This document shows, piece after piece, positions 9,088 to 17,656 of a DNA stretch of 32,000 nt. Source of the DNA: Geobacter sulfurreducens PCA (GTDB taxonomy: Bacteria; Desulfobacterota; Desulfuromonadia; Geobacterales; Geobacteraceae); NCBI RefSeq assembly GCF_000007985.2, contig NC_002939.5, positions 570,001 to 602,000 on the forward strand. The letters are read 5' to 3'. Under the pieces are notes generated by a model that saw only the letters and a program-made list of their open reading frames with translations, was not told the origin of the DNA and did not search any database. The position numbers were made by a program, and so were the translations under genes. Position 1 is the first letter of the stretch. Every line of letters starts with the position of its first letter.

Positions 9088-11462
9088 TCAGAACCGAAAC
9101 CCTCCGTACCCTCGAATTCGATAAAATACTTTCGGCCGTGTCGGGCTACGCCCACAGCGGCGCCACGCGGGACGAAACCGCCCTGATCCGGCCCCTGGAC
9201 GACCGGGAGGCCATTGTCCGGCGCTTCGGCCAGGTGGACGAGATCCGGCGGCTGCGCCAGCTGGGGATCGATCTTTCCCTCCGCTCCTTCGAGGACATCG
9301 CACCGCTGCTGGCGGCAGTCCGCCCCGACGGCGCGGTGCTGGACCCCACGGAGCTGGTGGTCCTGTTCCCGATCCTGCGGACCATGACCGCCATTGCCAA
9401 GCAGTTCGCCTACCGGACCGACATCCCCCTGCTGCGGGAACTGGCCGGCACCCTGACCGGCTTCCCCGACCTCCTGGACGAGCTGGAGGTATCCATCGAC
9501 TCCGAGGGGGAGATCCTCGATTCCGCCTCGCCGCTCCTCTCGGACCTGCGCCAGAAGAAGCGCCACCTCACCGAGCGGATCAGGCGGCGGCTGGCCGAGA
9601 TCGTCCGCGAGACCGGGGTCACCACCTTCCTCCAGGACGATTTCATCACCCAGCGGGGCGGGCGGTGGGTGATCCCGGTGCGGATGGATTCCAAGGGAAT
9701 GGTCCCCGGCGTGGTGCACGACGTCTCCAATTCAGGCGAGACCGCCTTCATGGAGCCCCTGGAGATCATCGGCCTGGCCAACGAGCTGGAAAACCTGGTG
9801 GCTGAGGAAAAGGCCGAGATGATCCGCATCGTCCGGACCATCTGCCGGATGATCCGCCAGGAAGCCGACGGCCTGGATGAGCAGTTCCGCATTCTGGTCC
9901 GGCTTGACGTGCTGAACGGCATTGCCTTGTTCGCCGATTCCCTCGGCGCCGAGACCCCCGAGATCACCGACGCCCGCTTCATTCGGGTCCGGGAGGGGCG
10001 CCACCCGCTCCTGGCGCTCATGGCGCGGGAACGGGGGGTCGGCCGGGTGGTGCCGCTGGACCTGGGGCTGGGGGGAGCTGAACGTCCTGATTCGCATGTG
10101 GCGAATCAGGTCATGGTCATCACCGGGCCCAACGCGGGAGGCAAAACCATCTCCCTCAAGACCACCGGCCTCCTTCACCTCATGGCCCTGGCGGGGATTC
10201 CGGTGCCGGCGGCCTCCACTTCGTCGTTCCCCCTGATCTCCGACCTCCTGGTGGACATCGGCGACGAGCAGTCCATCGAGCAGAGCCTTTCCACCTTCTC
10301 GGCCCACGTCTCCAACATCGCCGGCATCCTGGAGCGGGCCGACCGCCGCACCGTGGTGCTGCTGGACGAACTGGGCACCGGCACCGAGCCGGTCCAGGGG
10401 GCGGCCATCTCCTGCGCCGTCCTGGCCGACCTGCAGGACAAGGGGGCGCTGGTCATCGCCACCACCCACCTGACCGACATCGTGGGCTTCGTCCACAAAC
10501 GGGACGGCATGGTCAACGCTTCCATGGAGTTCGACCGCCAGACCCTCACCCCCCTCTACCGTCTCACCGTGGGCGAGCCGGGCCAGTCCCACGCCCTGGA
10601 GATCGCTCGCCGGTATGGCCTTCCCGACCGGGTCGTGGCCGTGGCCACCGGCATGCTCTCTCGCATGGAGACTGAATTCCACGAACTGCTGGCCGAGCTC
10701 AAGGACCAGCGCCGGCGCCACGAAGAGGCCCTGGCCGAGGCGGAACGGCTCCGGCGCGATGCCGAGGAGAAGGCCCGCATCGCCCGCGAGCGGCTGGCCG
10801 AGGCCGAGACCCGGCGGCGCGAGGCAACCGAGAAGGCCCTCCAGGAGGCAAAGGAGATCGTCCGGGCCGCCCGGCGCGACGTGAACGCCATCATCGAGGA
10901 AGCCCGCAGGGAGAAGAGCAGGGAGGCCCGGAAGAAGATCGACGAGGCCGAGGCCGCGGTGGAGGCGAAGCTCCAGGAGTTCCACCCCGAGGAGACCCTT
11001 TCCCTGGATGCCGTCCGCGAGGGCGACACTGTCTTCGTCAAGGCCATCGGCCACGACGGCACCGTCACCGCCGTGGACCGCCGGACCGGCCGGCTCCGGG
11101 TGCGGGCCGGCGCCATGGAACTGGAAGTGGCGGCCACGGACGTTTCCCCGCGCCGGGGCAAGGCCACCGAGGCCAAAATCCGCACCGGCTCGGGCAGAAG
11201 ACCGGCGCCGGATGCGGAGACCCCCCGCGAAATCAACCTGATCGGCCTGCGAGTGGACGACGCCCTGGCGCGGTTGGAGCCCTTCCTGAACCACGCCTCC
11301 CTGGAAGGATACGGCGAGCTGCGGATTGTCCACGGCAAGGGGACCGGCGCCCTGATGCGGGCTGTGCGCGAATACCTTGACGGTCACCCCCTGGTGCGCG
11401 AGTTTCGTCCCGGCGAGCCCTTCGAAGGTGGCGAGGGCGCCACGGTGGTGACGCTGCGGTAA
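9084..11462 (+). CDS. mutS2: Endonuclease MutS2 (MutS-family ATPase with C-terminal Smr domain)
   Basis: Starts MIRTETLRTLEFDKILSAV. Walker A is ITGPNAGGKT and Walker B is VVLLDELGTGTEP. A long KRE-rich coiled coil follows. The C-terminal Smr reads INLIGLRVDDAL...LRIVHGKGTGALMRAVREYL. The upstream extension to 8898 in the track overlaps the previous gene and is not used. Confidence 0.93.
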   Translation: MIRTETLRTLEFDKILSAVSGYAHSGATRDETALIRPLDDREAIVRRFGQVDEIRRLRQLGIDLSLRSFEDIAPLLAAVRPDGAVLDPTELVVLFPILRTMTAIAKQFAYRTDIPLLRELAGTLTGFPDLLDELEVSIDSEGEILDSASPLLSDLRQKKRHLTERIRRRLAEIVRETGVTTFLQDDFITQRGGRWVIPVRMDSKGMVPGVVHDVSNSGETAFMEPLEIIGLANELENLVAEEKAEMIRIVRTICRMIRQEADGLDEQFRILVRLDVLNGIALFADSLGAETPEITDARFIRVREGRHPLLALMARERGVGRVVPLDLGLGGAERPDSHVANQVMVITGPNAGGKTISLKTTGLLHLMALAGIPVPAASTSSFPLISDLLVDIGDEQSIEQSLSTFSAHVSNIAGILERADRRTVVLLDELGTGTEPVQGAAISCAVLADLQDKGALVIATTHLTDIVGFVHKRDGMVNASMEFDRQTLTPLYRLTVGEPGQSHALEIARRYGLPDRVVAVATGMLSRMETEFHELLAELKDQRRRHEEALAEAERLRRDAEEKARIARERLAEAETRRREATEKALQEAKEIVRAARRDVNAIIEEARREKSREARKKIDEAEAAVEAKLQEFHPEETLSLDAVREGDTVFVKAIGHDGTVTAVDRRTGRLRVRAGAMELEVAATDVSPRRGKATEAKIRTGSGRRPAPDAETPREINLIGLRVDDALARLEPFLNHASLEGYGELRIVHGKGTGALMRAVREYLDGHPLVREFRPGEPFEGGEGATVVTLR

Positions 11463-11483
11463 GGCGCACCGCGCCCCGTCGAC

Positions 11484-12998
11484 TCACTCGACGCATTCCT
11501 GTTCCTCGAACATGCCGGTGGCACCGATGCTCTCCGCCACCTTTCGGAAGTGAAAGCCGTAGATGGCCAGGGTGATCGCCAGGGGAAAGAGCCGTGGCCG
11601 CCGCGCCAGTGACCAGAAGAAGAGTTTCCAGTAGTAGAGGCGCTCCCTCCCGATCACCCCCAGCAACACCACCGACGCCAGGAACGCCCGCAGTCGGGCC
11701 GGATTCGGCTGGAACCCCCCCGGCGGGGTCCGGTACTCCGTGAGGAAGGTGATGACCCGGCGGTAGTAGTGCCGTGGGGCATAGATGGTGTCGAGAATTT
11801 TCCGGTAACCGCCGACGAGCGCATCCGCCGGCATCCGGGGGACGAAGTTGAGGGCAATGGCGGTATTGTTGCCCGAGGCGTTCCGCAGCAGCCGTCCCTC
11901 CTGTGCAAGACGCCGGTGAAGCCTGGTCCCCCGCAGGGCGGTGAGCATTCCGACCATGGCGGTCACGATGCCGCTCTCCTGGATGAAGCGGATCTGCCGC
12001 TCGAAGATCGTCTCCGGGTCGCTGTCAAAGCCGACGATGAATCCTCCCTGCACCTGGAGTCCCGCCCGCTGGATCCGTTTGACGCTTTCCAGCAGGTCGC
12101 GGTTGCGGTTCTGAACCTTGCCGCTCTCGTGGAGCCCCTCGTCGTGGGGGGTCTCGATGCCCACAAAGACCTCCGTGAACCCCGCCCGCACCATGAGCCC
12201 CATGAGCTCGGGATCGTCGGCCAGGTCGATGGAGGACTCGGTGAAGAAAGAGAAGGGCCGTCTCCGCTGCTCCTGCCAGTCGACCATGGCGGGAAGCACT
12301 TCCCGTTTCAGCTTTGCCCGGTCGCCGATGAAGTTGTCGTCCACGAAGAAAACACCCCCCTGCCAGCCGCGGGCATGGAGGCTGTCCAGTTCCGCCGTCA
12401 ACTGCTCCCGGCCCTTGGTGCGCGGCCTGCGGCCGAAGAGCCGGGTGATGTCGCAAAACTCGCAGTCAAAGGGGCAGCCCCGGGAATACTGGATGTTCAT
12501 GGCCGCGTAATCCCGGATGTCCAGGATATCCCACCGTGGCAGCGGGGTCCGGGTCACGTCGGCCCGTGCCTCGGTAGTATAGATACGCTGGGCGCGGTCC
12601 ATGGCCAGGTCGTCCAGAAACCGCGGGAGGGTGAGCTCGGCCTCGTTGAGCACCAGGTGGTCCGCCTCGGGAAACTCCTCCGGCGCGGTAGTGAAGAGGG
12701 GCCCCCCGGCCACCGTGGTGACCCCCAGTTGCCGGCAGCGACAGAGGATTTCCCGCACCGCATCCCGCTGGATGGTCATGGCGCTCACGAAAATGAGATC
12801 GGCCCGGGCGAGATCGGCATCGGTCACTTCCCGGACATTCTGGTCAATCAGGCGTGCCTGCCAGGTGTCGGGGAAGAGAGCGGCAACGGTAAGGAGCCCC
12901 AGGGGCGGGAAGGCGGCCTTCTTGCCGACGAATTTCAGGGCGTGGCGGAAGCTCCAGAAGGAATCCGGATAGCGGGGGTAGACGAGGAGAACGTTCAT
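11484..12998 (-). CDS. B12-binding-domain radical SAM protein (DUF4070-type C-terminus)
   Basis: Starts MNVLLVYPRYPDSFWSF..., with GGAGGA upstream of the ATG at 12998. The radical-SAM cluster motif is SRGCPFDCEFCD. The N-terminal cobalamin-binding-like fold reads DLIFVSAMT. The track ORF extension to 13382 was rejected. Confidence 0.85.
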   Translation of the reverse strand: MNVLLVYPRYPDSFWSFRHALKFVGKKAAFPPLGLLTVAALFPDTWQARLIDQNVREVTDADLARADLIFVSAMTIQRDAVREILCRCRQLGVTTVAGGPLFTTAPEEFPEADHLVLNEAELTLPRFLDDLAMDRAQRIYTTEARADVTRTPLPRWDILDIRDYAAMNIQYSRGCPFDCEFCDITRLFGRRPRTKGREQLTAELDSLHARGWQGGVFFVDDNFIGDRAKLKREVLPAMVDWQEQRRRPFSFFTESSIDLADDPELMGLMVRAGFTEVFVGIETPHDEGLHESGKVQNRNRDLLESVKRIQRAGLQVQGGFIVGFDSDPETIFERQIRFIQESGIVTAMVGMLTALRGTRLHRRLAQEGRLLRNASGNNTAIALNFVPRMPADALVGGYRKILDTIYAPRHYYRRVITFLTEYRTPPGGFQPNPARLRAFLASVVLLGVIGRERLYYWKLFFWSLARRPRLFPLAITLAIYGFHFRKVAESIGATGMFEEQECVE

Positions 12999-13119
12999 GG
13001 GATCCTCCGTGATCCATGAGTTTCCCGTCGGGTGGGGACGGCTCGATTGGGTAAATTTTACTCCTTCTCCACCGGCGCCCGCGTAATTTTTCTGTAAAAT
13101 GTGTGAACGGAGGTCTCCC

Positions 13120-13800
13120 ATGAACCAAGACCCCACCGGCGAGTACATCCGCACCATCACCAGCCACTGTGACCTGCGGGGCGCAGAGGTCCTCGAAGTG
13201 GGCTGCGGCGCCGGCCGCATCACCCGCGACCTGGCGCGCCACGCCGCCCGGGTTGTGGCCGTTGACCCGGACGAACGCGCCCTGGCACAGGCCCGGGCCG
13301 CCGTCACCGCCGCCAACGTCAGCTTCCTCCCCATGCCCGACGGCGTCCTCAGCTTCCCCCCTGCCTCCTTCGACATCGTCATCTACACCCTTTCCTTCCA
13401 CCATGTTCCCCTCCATCAAATGGACGAAAGCCTCGCCACCGCCGCCGGCCTTGTGCGCCCCGGCGGCGCCGTGGTCGTGGTGGAGCCGGGCGAGGGGGGC
13501 TCCTTCACCGAAGCCAAGGAACGCTTCGGCGCCGGCAGCGGCGACGAACGCCCCGCCCAGGAGGCCGCCATCCGCGCCATGCACGCCCTCCCCGGCTGGA
13601 CCGTGGGGGACACGGTTCACTTCCGGGTCGGCTTCCTCTTCACGGACGAAGACGACTTCATCAGCTCCAAACTCCCCGGCTTTGCCGAACAACCCGCAGC
13701 GTATCAACAGGAGGTGCGGGCTTTCCTCGCTTCGCATCGCACCCCGGAGGGCATCGTCCTCGACGCCGGCCGACGGCTCAATGTGCTGCGGAGGAGGTAA
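13120..13800 (+). CDS. Class I SAM-dependent methyltransferase
   Basis: GGAGG lies upstream of the ATG at 13120. Motif I is VLEVGCGAGRITRDLA, followed by VVAVDPD. The post-I and motif II region reads FDIVIYTLSFHH. Confidence 0.8.
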   Translation: MNQDPTGEYIRTITSHCDLRGAEVLEVGCGAGRITRDLARHAARVVAVDPDERALAQARAAVTAANVSFLPMPDGVLSFPPASFDIVIYTLSFHHVPLHQMDESLATAAGLVRPGGAVVVVEPGEGGSFTEAKERFGAGSGDERPAQEAAIRAMHALPGWTVGDTVHFRVGFLFTDEDDFISSKLPGFAEQPAAYQQEVRAFLASHRTPEGIVLDAGRRLNVLRRR

Positions 13801-13814
13801 GGCGAAAATGTTCT

Positions 13815-13855
13815 GTGTTGTCAATCTTGACAACACGTGGTGCTGTTGTTATTCT
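13815..13855 (+). promoter_or_regulatory. Promoter with an overlapping perfect palindromic operator for the TA pair
   Basis: TTGACA (13827-13832), a 17-nt spacer, then TATTCT (13850-13855), just upstream of the ATG at 13863. A perfect inverted repeat GTGTTGTCAA-tc-TTGACAACAC (13815-13836) overlaps the -35 box. Confidence 0.55.
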
Positions 13856-13862
13856 CTCCAAC

Positions 13863-14144
13863 ATGAATGCAACGCTCTTGCTGAACGGACGTCATATCCT
13901 ATCTGACAATGCGTTTGTTGAGATGGTGGTGTGGCGTGTGCCGTCGCCCCTTTCCGGCAGCGCCCATTCTTTCAAGTACCGCCTGGCCTTTATTGTCGGT
14001 GGCCTGTGCGCGCTGCGTTATGACAATGAGGCTGGCAATGGCGATCACAAACACATTGGCGAAAAAGAACTACCGTATCGTTTCACCACACCACAGGATC
14101 TGCTGGACGATTTCTGGAAAGATGTGGACGAATGGAGGTCCTGA
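13863..14144 (+). CDS. DUF6516/TumE-like toxin-antitoxin system component
   Basis: MNATLLLNGRHILSDNAFVEMVVWRVPSPLSGSAHSFKYRLAFIV...LRYDNEAGNGDHKHIGEKELPYRFT...LLDDFWKDV matches my memory of the DUF6516 pattern (W.vp.p..gs.H.yKYrL ... YDNE.gKGDH.H). There is a 1-nt gap to the next gene. Confidence 0.6.
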   Translation: MNATLLLNGRHILSDNAFVEMVVWRVPSPLSGSAHSFKYRLAFIVGGLCALRYDNEAGNGDHKHIGEKELPYRFTTPQDLLDDFWKDVDEWRS

Positions 14145-14145
14145 T

Positions 14146-14487
14146 ATGCGTACCGTAACACTGGAAATTTCTTCCCGCGAAAAAATTAGTCAAAGATTCT
14201 TGCGGGCATTCGAAGGCAAACCTCAGGGGGATGTCATCAGCTTCGAGTCGCCGGAACTCCTGTTCAGGGTCATTTCGGGCAAACGCTGGGACCTGCTTAA
14301 AATTATGACCGGCGCGGGGCCCATGACGATCCGCGAGGCGGCGCGCCGGATGAAAAGGGATGTGAAGGCGGTCCATACCGATGTGCACGTGCTGCTCAAC
14401 GCCGGGATACTACAGAAAACCGAGGAAGGCCTGATTGTCTTCCCCTTTGATGCGGTGCATGTGGATTTTATGCTGAATGCGGCGTGA
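14146..14487 (+). CDS. HTH DNA-binding protein, putative antitoxin partner (TumA-like)
   Basis: 113 aa. Contains ISFESPELLFRVISGKRWDLLKIMTGAGPMTIREAARRMKRDVKAVHTDVHVLLNAGIL, a winged-HTH-like segment. It is tightly coupled to the upstream small gene. Confidence 0.55.
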   Translation: MRTVTLEISSREKISQRFLRAFEGKPQGDVISFESPELLFRVISGKRWDLLKIMTGAGPMTIREAARRMKRDVKAVHTDVHVLLNAGILQKTEEGLIVFPFDAVHVDFMLNAA

Positions 14488-14512
14488 GTAGTCGAGCACC
14501 GTCGGAGAAATG

Positions 14513-14577
14513 TTCCAATTGGGTGGATCACCGGTTCACGCGCGTGCGCGCGTGAACCGGTCAATGCTGAGTTGGTC
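14513..14577 (+). repeat. attC-like imperfect palindrome (65 bp) ending the TA cassette
   Basis: Layout: TTCCAAT, 10 nt, ACCGGTTCACGCGCG, tg, CGCGCGTGAACCGGT, 9 nt, GTTGGTC. The central 15-bp arms (14530-14544 and 14547-14561) are perfect. The outer boxes pair CCAA with TTGG. The left box has AAT instead of the canonical AAC. The size and layout match the clearer sites listed below. Confidence 0.45.
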
Positions 14578-14619
14578 GAATATATGAGGGAATGCAATAT
14601 TTATTAAGGAGGTAGCAGA

Positions 14620-16158
14620 GTGCCATCACTCGATGATTTCTTGCGTAGGGGATATTTCCCCAAAGAGTTGCTACCACCGTTCACAACGAGTTCGTACGCA
14701 GATGCGTTGAACGGCCTTGGAACTGTGCCCGATTCTAACTTCAAACAAACCAAATGTATCAGATTTTCCCACTCGAAATACGCATCTCTTCGTCGTGATC
14801 TATCAATTCCGAACCCATACCCATTCTACGAGTTGGCCGCCCTGTTATCAGCGCACTGGGGGGAGGTCGAGACACAATGGAATAACTCTCCCTACACACG
14901 TAGTGCCCCTGTTCCATCCATGACCAGGGCGGTAGAAGGAAATACAAATTTCAATGCCCTTCCTAATGCCCGTGCCGAGGTTCGTTCTTCGGGGCGCTTC
15001 CTCCTCAACGCGGACGTATCGAAGTGCTACCACACTATATACACTCACAGCCTACCATGGGCGTTACACACTAAGCCCGTAGCAAAGAACAACCAAAAAT
15101 GGCCTCCCGCTGGAGGAAAACCTCCTTTGGTCGGCAACGGACTTGACCTATGGTCAAGGAACCTGCAAGACGCACAAACTATTGGCCTCCCAGTCGGACC
15201 GGACACCTCCTTTGTACTTGCCGAAGCACTTCTGTCTGCAGTAGATCAACTAGTTGCGTCAAAAATCGCCGGTGCGCGCGGCTTTAGGTTTGTTGATGAC
15301 TACGAGTTCGTATGTGACACACTTGAACAAGCTGAACAGGTTCTATCCGTTCTTCAATGGGCACTCGCAGAGTTCGAGTTGAGTCTCAACCCCAAGAAAA
15401 CAACTATCAAGGAACTTCCAACGGCACTGGATACCACATGGGTAAACGCCTTCTGTGAATTAGAGTTCGCCGCCGAGTCTCCGAAATTACAACGGCAACT
15501 TACTCGGTACTTTACGGATGCCTTCGAATTGACATGCAAGTTCCCAGGTGATCCAGTCCTTAAGTACGCTGCAGCTCGATTGCCGGACAATCCACCCGAT
15601 GATGCGGCGGCAAACTTAATCCAGCGTCTGTCCCTACAGGCGGCTTGCGTAGATTCAGGCACACTTCAACATACATTACGTTCCTTTTGGGATCACCGGT
15701 CCGCTGGTCGAGATCTCGATCTAGTCGCCTTGAAAAGAGCTTTAGATTTTATTGTCCAGAGACATGCCCTTCTAGGTCATAGCAGTGAGGTCGCATGGTG
15801 TATATGGGCAGCCGACGTATTTACTGTCCAGCTTTCCACATCTTCTGCCAACTGCATCGGAAATATGGTTGATGACGTAGTTGCACTGACCGCATTGGAT
15901 GGAATCCAAAAAGGGGCATTTGAAACTCCGCCAAATACAAACAATTGGGAATACATCATCAACAACACAAGCCTGAAAGAAGAACACTGGCTACTATTAT
16001 TCGAGGCCATTGGGCAAGGTTGGCTTCCCCCACCAGTTGGAGGGGATCCAGCACTCGCAGACCCCTTTTTCAATCACCTTCGTACTCAAGATGTCAGATT
16101 CTATGATACTGCTGCAACCCTTGATATCCCTGAACCACCGGGTCCGGACACCTATTGA
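14620..16158 (+). CDS. UG/Abi-type (defence-associated) reverse transcriptase, 512 aa
   Basis: GTG start with AAGGAGG 7 nt upstream. The N-terminal string RRGYFPKELLPPF is typical of Abi/UG reverse transcriptases. RT motifs: LNADVSKCYHTIYTHSLPWAL, GLPVGPDTSFVLAEALL, the catalytic RFVDDYEF (YxDD box reading FVDD), and LSLNPKKTTI. The roughly 220-aa helical C-terminal extension contains Rx4-5H strings (RSFWDH, RHALLGH). The subgroup was not assigned. Confidence 0.8.
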   Translation: MPSLDDFLRRGYFPKELLPPFTTSSYADALNGLGTVPDSNFKQTKCIRFSHSKYASLRRDLSIPNPYPFYELAALLSAHWGEVETQWNNSPYTRSAPVPSMTRAVEGNTNFNALPNARAEVRSSGRFLLNADVSKCYHTIYTHSLPWALHTKPVAKNNQKWPPAGGKPPLVGNGLDLWSRNLQDAQTIGLPVGPDTSFVLAEALLSAVDQLVASKIAGARGFRFVDDYEFVCDTLEQAEQVLSVLQWALAEFELSLNPKKTTIKELPTALDTTWVNAFCELEFAAESPKLQRQLTRYFTDAFELTCKFPGDPVLKYAAARLPDNPPDDAAANLIQRLSLQAACVDSGTLQHTLRSFWDHRSAGRDLDLVALKRALDFIVQRHALLGHSSEVAWCIWAADVFTVQLSTSSANCIGNMVDDVVALTALDGIQKGAFETPPNTNNWEYIINNTSLKEEHWLLLFEAIGQGWLPPPVGGDPALADPFFNHLRTQDVRFYDTAATLDIPEPPGPDTY

Positions 16159-16234
16159 AAAGCCAAACCTCTAGTACTAGAAAAGGCAAGAAAAGGGGCT
16201 ACTTTTCTCCCTGAATCCGTAAATAAACTGAGAG

Positions 16235-17656
16235 GTGTTTTTGTTACCTTCTACTATTACAAGAAATGTCATATTCATCAGCCACGCAACCCCGGAAGAC
16301 AATGATTTCACCATTTGGCTTGCCTCAAGACTGCAAGCCGAGGGGTTTGAGGTTTGGATTGATAAACAGGCTCTCGTTGGTGGCGAAAAGTTCTGGCAGG
16401 AAATTGACCAGGTAATTCGACACAAGGCTGTCAAGTTCCTGCTGGTCTACAGTGAGAACATCTGTTACCAGAAGCAACGCGGTATCCTCAAAAATGGGGT
16501 CGCTAAAGAAATAAGCATGGCGGAGGGCATTGCCACAACAAACGGACTCAAAGATTTCATGATTCTCCTCAACGTCGATGGTTCCGAATACAACCTTTTT
16601 ATCGGAGCGGATACCCTCAACCAGGTTCCTTTCTACGAAAACTGGGCTGGCGGCTATTCCCAGCTGCGGAAGAAGTTCAAAAAGGAAGGGCTAGAGCCGA
16701 CAGGCTCCCCTGTAGGCGATTTTTCCAAGTGGTATGAGGATGAGTATGTCATCCACCATGGCATCGAGAACCTACACGAAATTTATTACGACTGCTGGTG
16801 GCCGATTCCCGAACTCCCCGAATCCTTTTTCGTCTATATCTTCCCGAACAACGTGGTTGCATCACAGGTGCACCAGAGGTCCAAATATCCCACAGGCAAA
16901 GCTTCCAACATCCTCGCTTCCTTTTACGACACATCAGAATTTGAAGTCGAAATAGATGGGCAACTCGAAAGGATCCCCTTTACGGCCAAGCATGAAATCA
17001 AGGTCAGTGATGTCATCGCCAGAACCGTCCGATTGGGTTTCCCCGGCACACGGGATGTCGAAAACTATTTCCGGTCCTTACTGCAGAGAACCTTCCACCT
17101 CATCATGAAAGAGCGTCATCTTCACTGGTATGAAATGGCAAACATGAAGCAGGCGTATTTTTTCTCGGCAAAGAGTCATCCAAAAATCAAATTCGAATAT
17201 CCTCACCGTGCTACCAAGGCAGGAAAGAGCAAGGTCATCTTCGGCAAGCATCTAAGCAGCTTCTGGCATTACGCCCTTTCTGCGAAGCCGATAATTACCC
17301 CGCAGTTGGCTTTCGGCCTCAAGTCCCATATCGTGTTTACCACCGATGGCGTGAAGTTGTGGGACGACAAAGCCAAGATGCACACGGCCAGAAGGCGGAA
17401 GGGGCGTTTGATGTTTAACGAGGAGTGGCGGGACTTGCTCTTTGCGTTCCTGCATGCCCTCTGCCAGGGAGGGACAACGGTGAACATCATGCTGAATCCG
17501 ACCTTTGAACTGGCCCTGAAACCGTGGACCAACACCTATCACTCGGATTTCGGATATATCGAGCCAAAAGGTCAGGACAGGCACGATATCCTGGCGGCGG
17601 AATATGAGTATCAAGACAGGGAAGATATTGACCCCGACGAGGTGGCAAATGTCTGA
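16235..17656 (+). CDS. TIR-APAZ protein (SPARTA effector subunit)
   Basis: The N-terminal TIR reads NVIFISHATPEDNDFTIWLASRLQAEGFEVWIDKQALVGGEKFWQEIDQVIRHKAVKFLLVYSENI. This closely resembles characterised SPARTA TIR-APAZ N-termini as I recall them. A roughly 330-aa APAZ-sized region follows. The start is non-ATG: GTG at 16235, or more likely TTG at 16241, which sits 6 nt after GAGAGG. The 3' end overlaps the pAgo start by 8 nt (ATGTCTGA). Confidence 0.85.
   Translation: MFLLPSTITRNVIFISHATPEDNDFTIWLASRLQAEGFEVWIDKQALVGGEKFWQEIDQVIRHKAVKFLLVYSENICYQKQRGILKNGVAKEISMAEGIATTNGLKDFMILLNVDGSEYNLFIGADTLNQVPFYENWAGGYSQLRKKFKKEGLEPTGSPVGDFSKWYEDEYVIHHGIENLHEIYYDCWWPIPELPESFFVYIFPNNVVASQVHQRSKYPTGKASNILASFYDTSEFEVEIDGQLERIPFTAKHEIKVSDVIARTVRLGFPGTRDVENYFRSLLQRTFHLIMKERHLHWYEMANMKQAYFFSAKSHPKIKFEYPHRATKAGKSKVIFGKHLSSFWHYALSAKPIITPQLAFGLKSHIVFTTDGVKLWDDKAKMHTARRRKGRLMFNEEWRDLLFAFLHALCQGGTTVNIMLNPTFELALKPWTNTYHSDFGYIEPKGQDRHDILAAEYEYQDREDIDPDEVANV

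Noticed and set aside
7676-13836. Other long ORFs overlapping real genes, for example 7676-8716 (-), 9732-11387 (-), 10556-11338 (-), 11769-13019 (+) and 12844-13836 (-)
   Set aside because: Each overlaps a gene with clear family motifs in another frame or on the other strand (EamA, mutS2, radical SAM, methyltransferase). Each has an Arg/Gly/Pro/Ala-biased composition. These are high-GC artefacts. The same applies to 27845-28978 (-), 29129-30073 (-), 30241-31299 (-) and 30998-31969 (-).
13815-13836. The palindrome GTGTTGTCAA-tc-TTGACAACAC as a leftmost attC or attI site
   Set aside because: It is only 22 bp long. Its boxes are in the order GTT...AAC rather than AAC...GTT. It also overlaps a near-consensus -35 box. 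It is interpreted as an operator. The true left recombination boundary of the array was not identified.
14620-16158. A retron interpretation of the reverse transcriptase
   Set aside because: The protein is 512 aa with an Abi/UG-like N-terminus and a long helical C-terminal extension, unlike the roughly 300-350 aa retron RTs. I could not find an msr/msd-like pair of flanking inverted repeats with a conserved branching G context upstream. The 14530-14561 palindrome is better explained as the core of an attC-like site.
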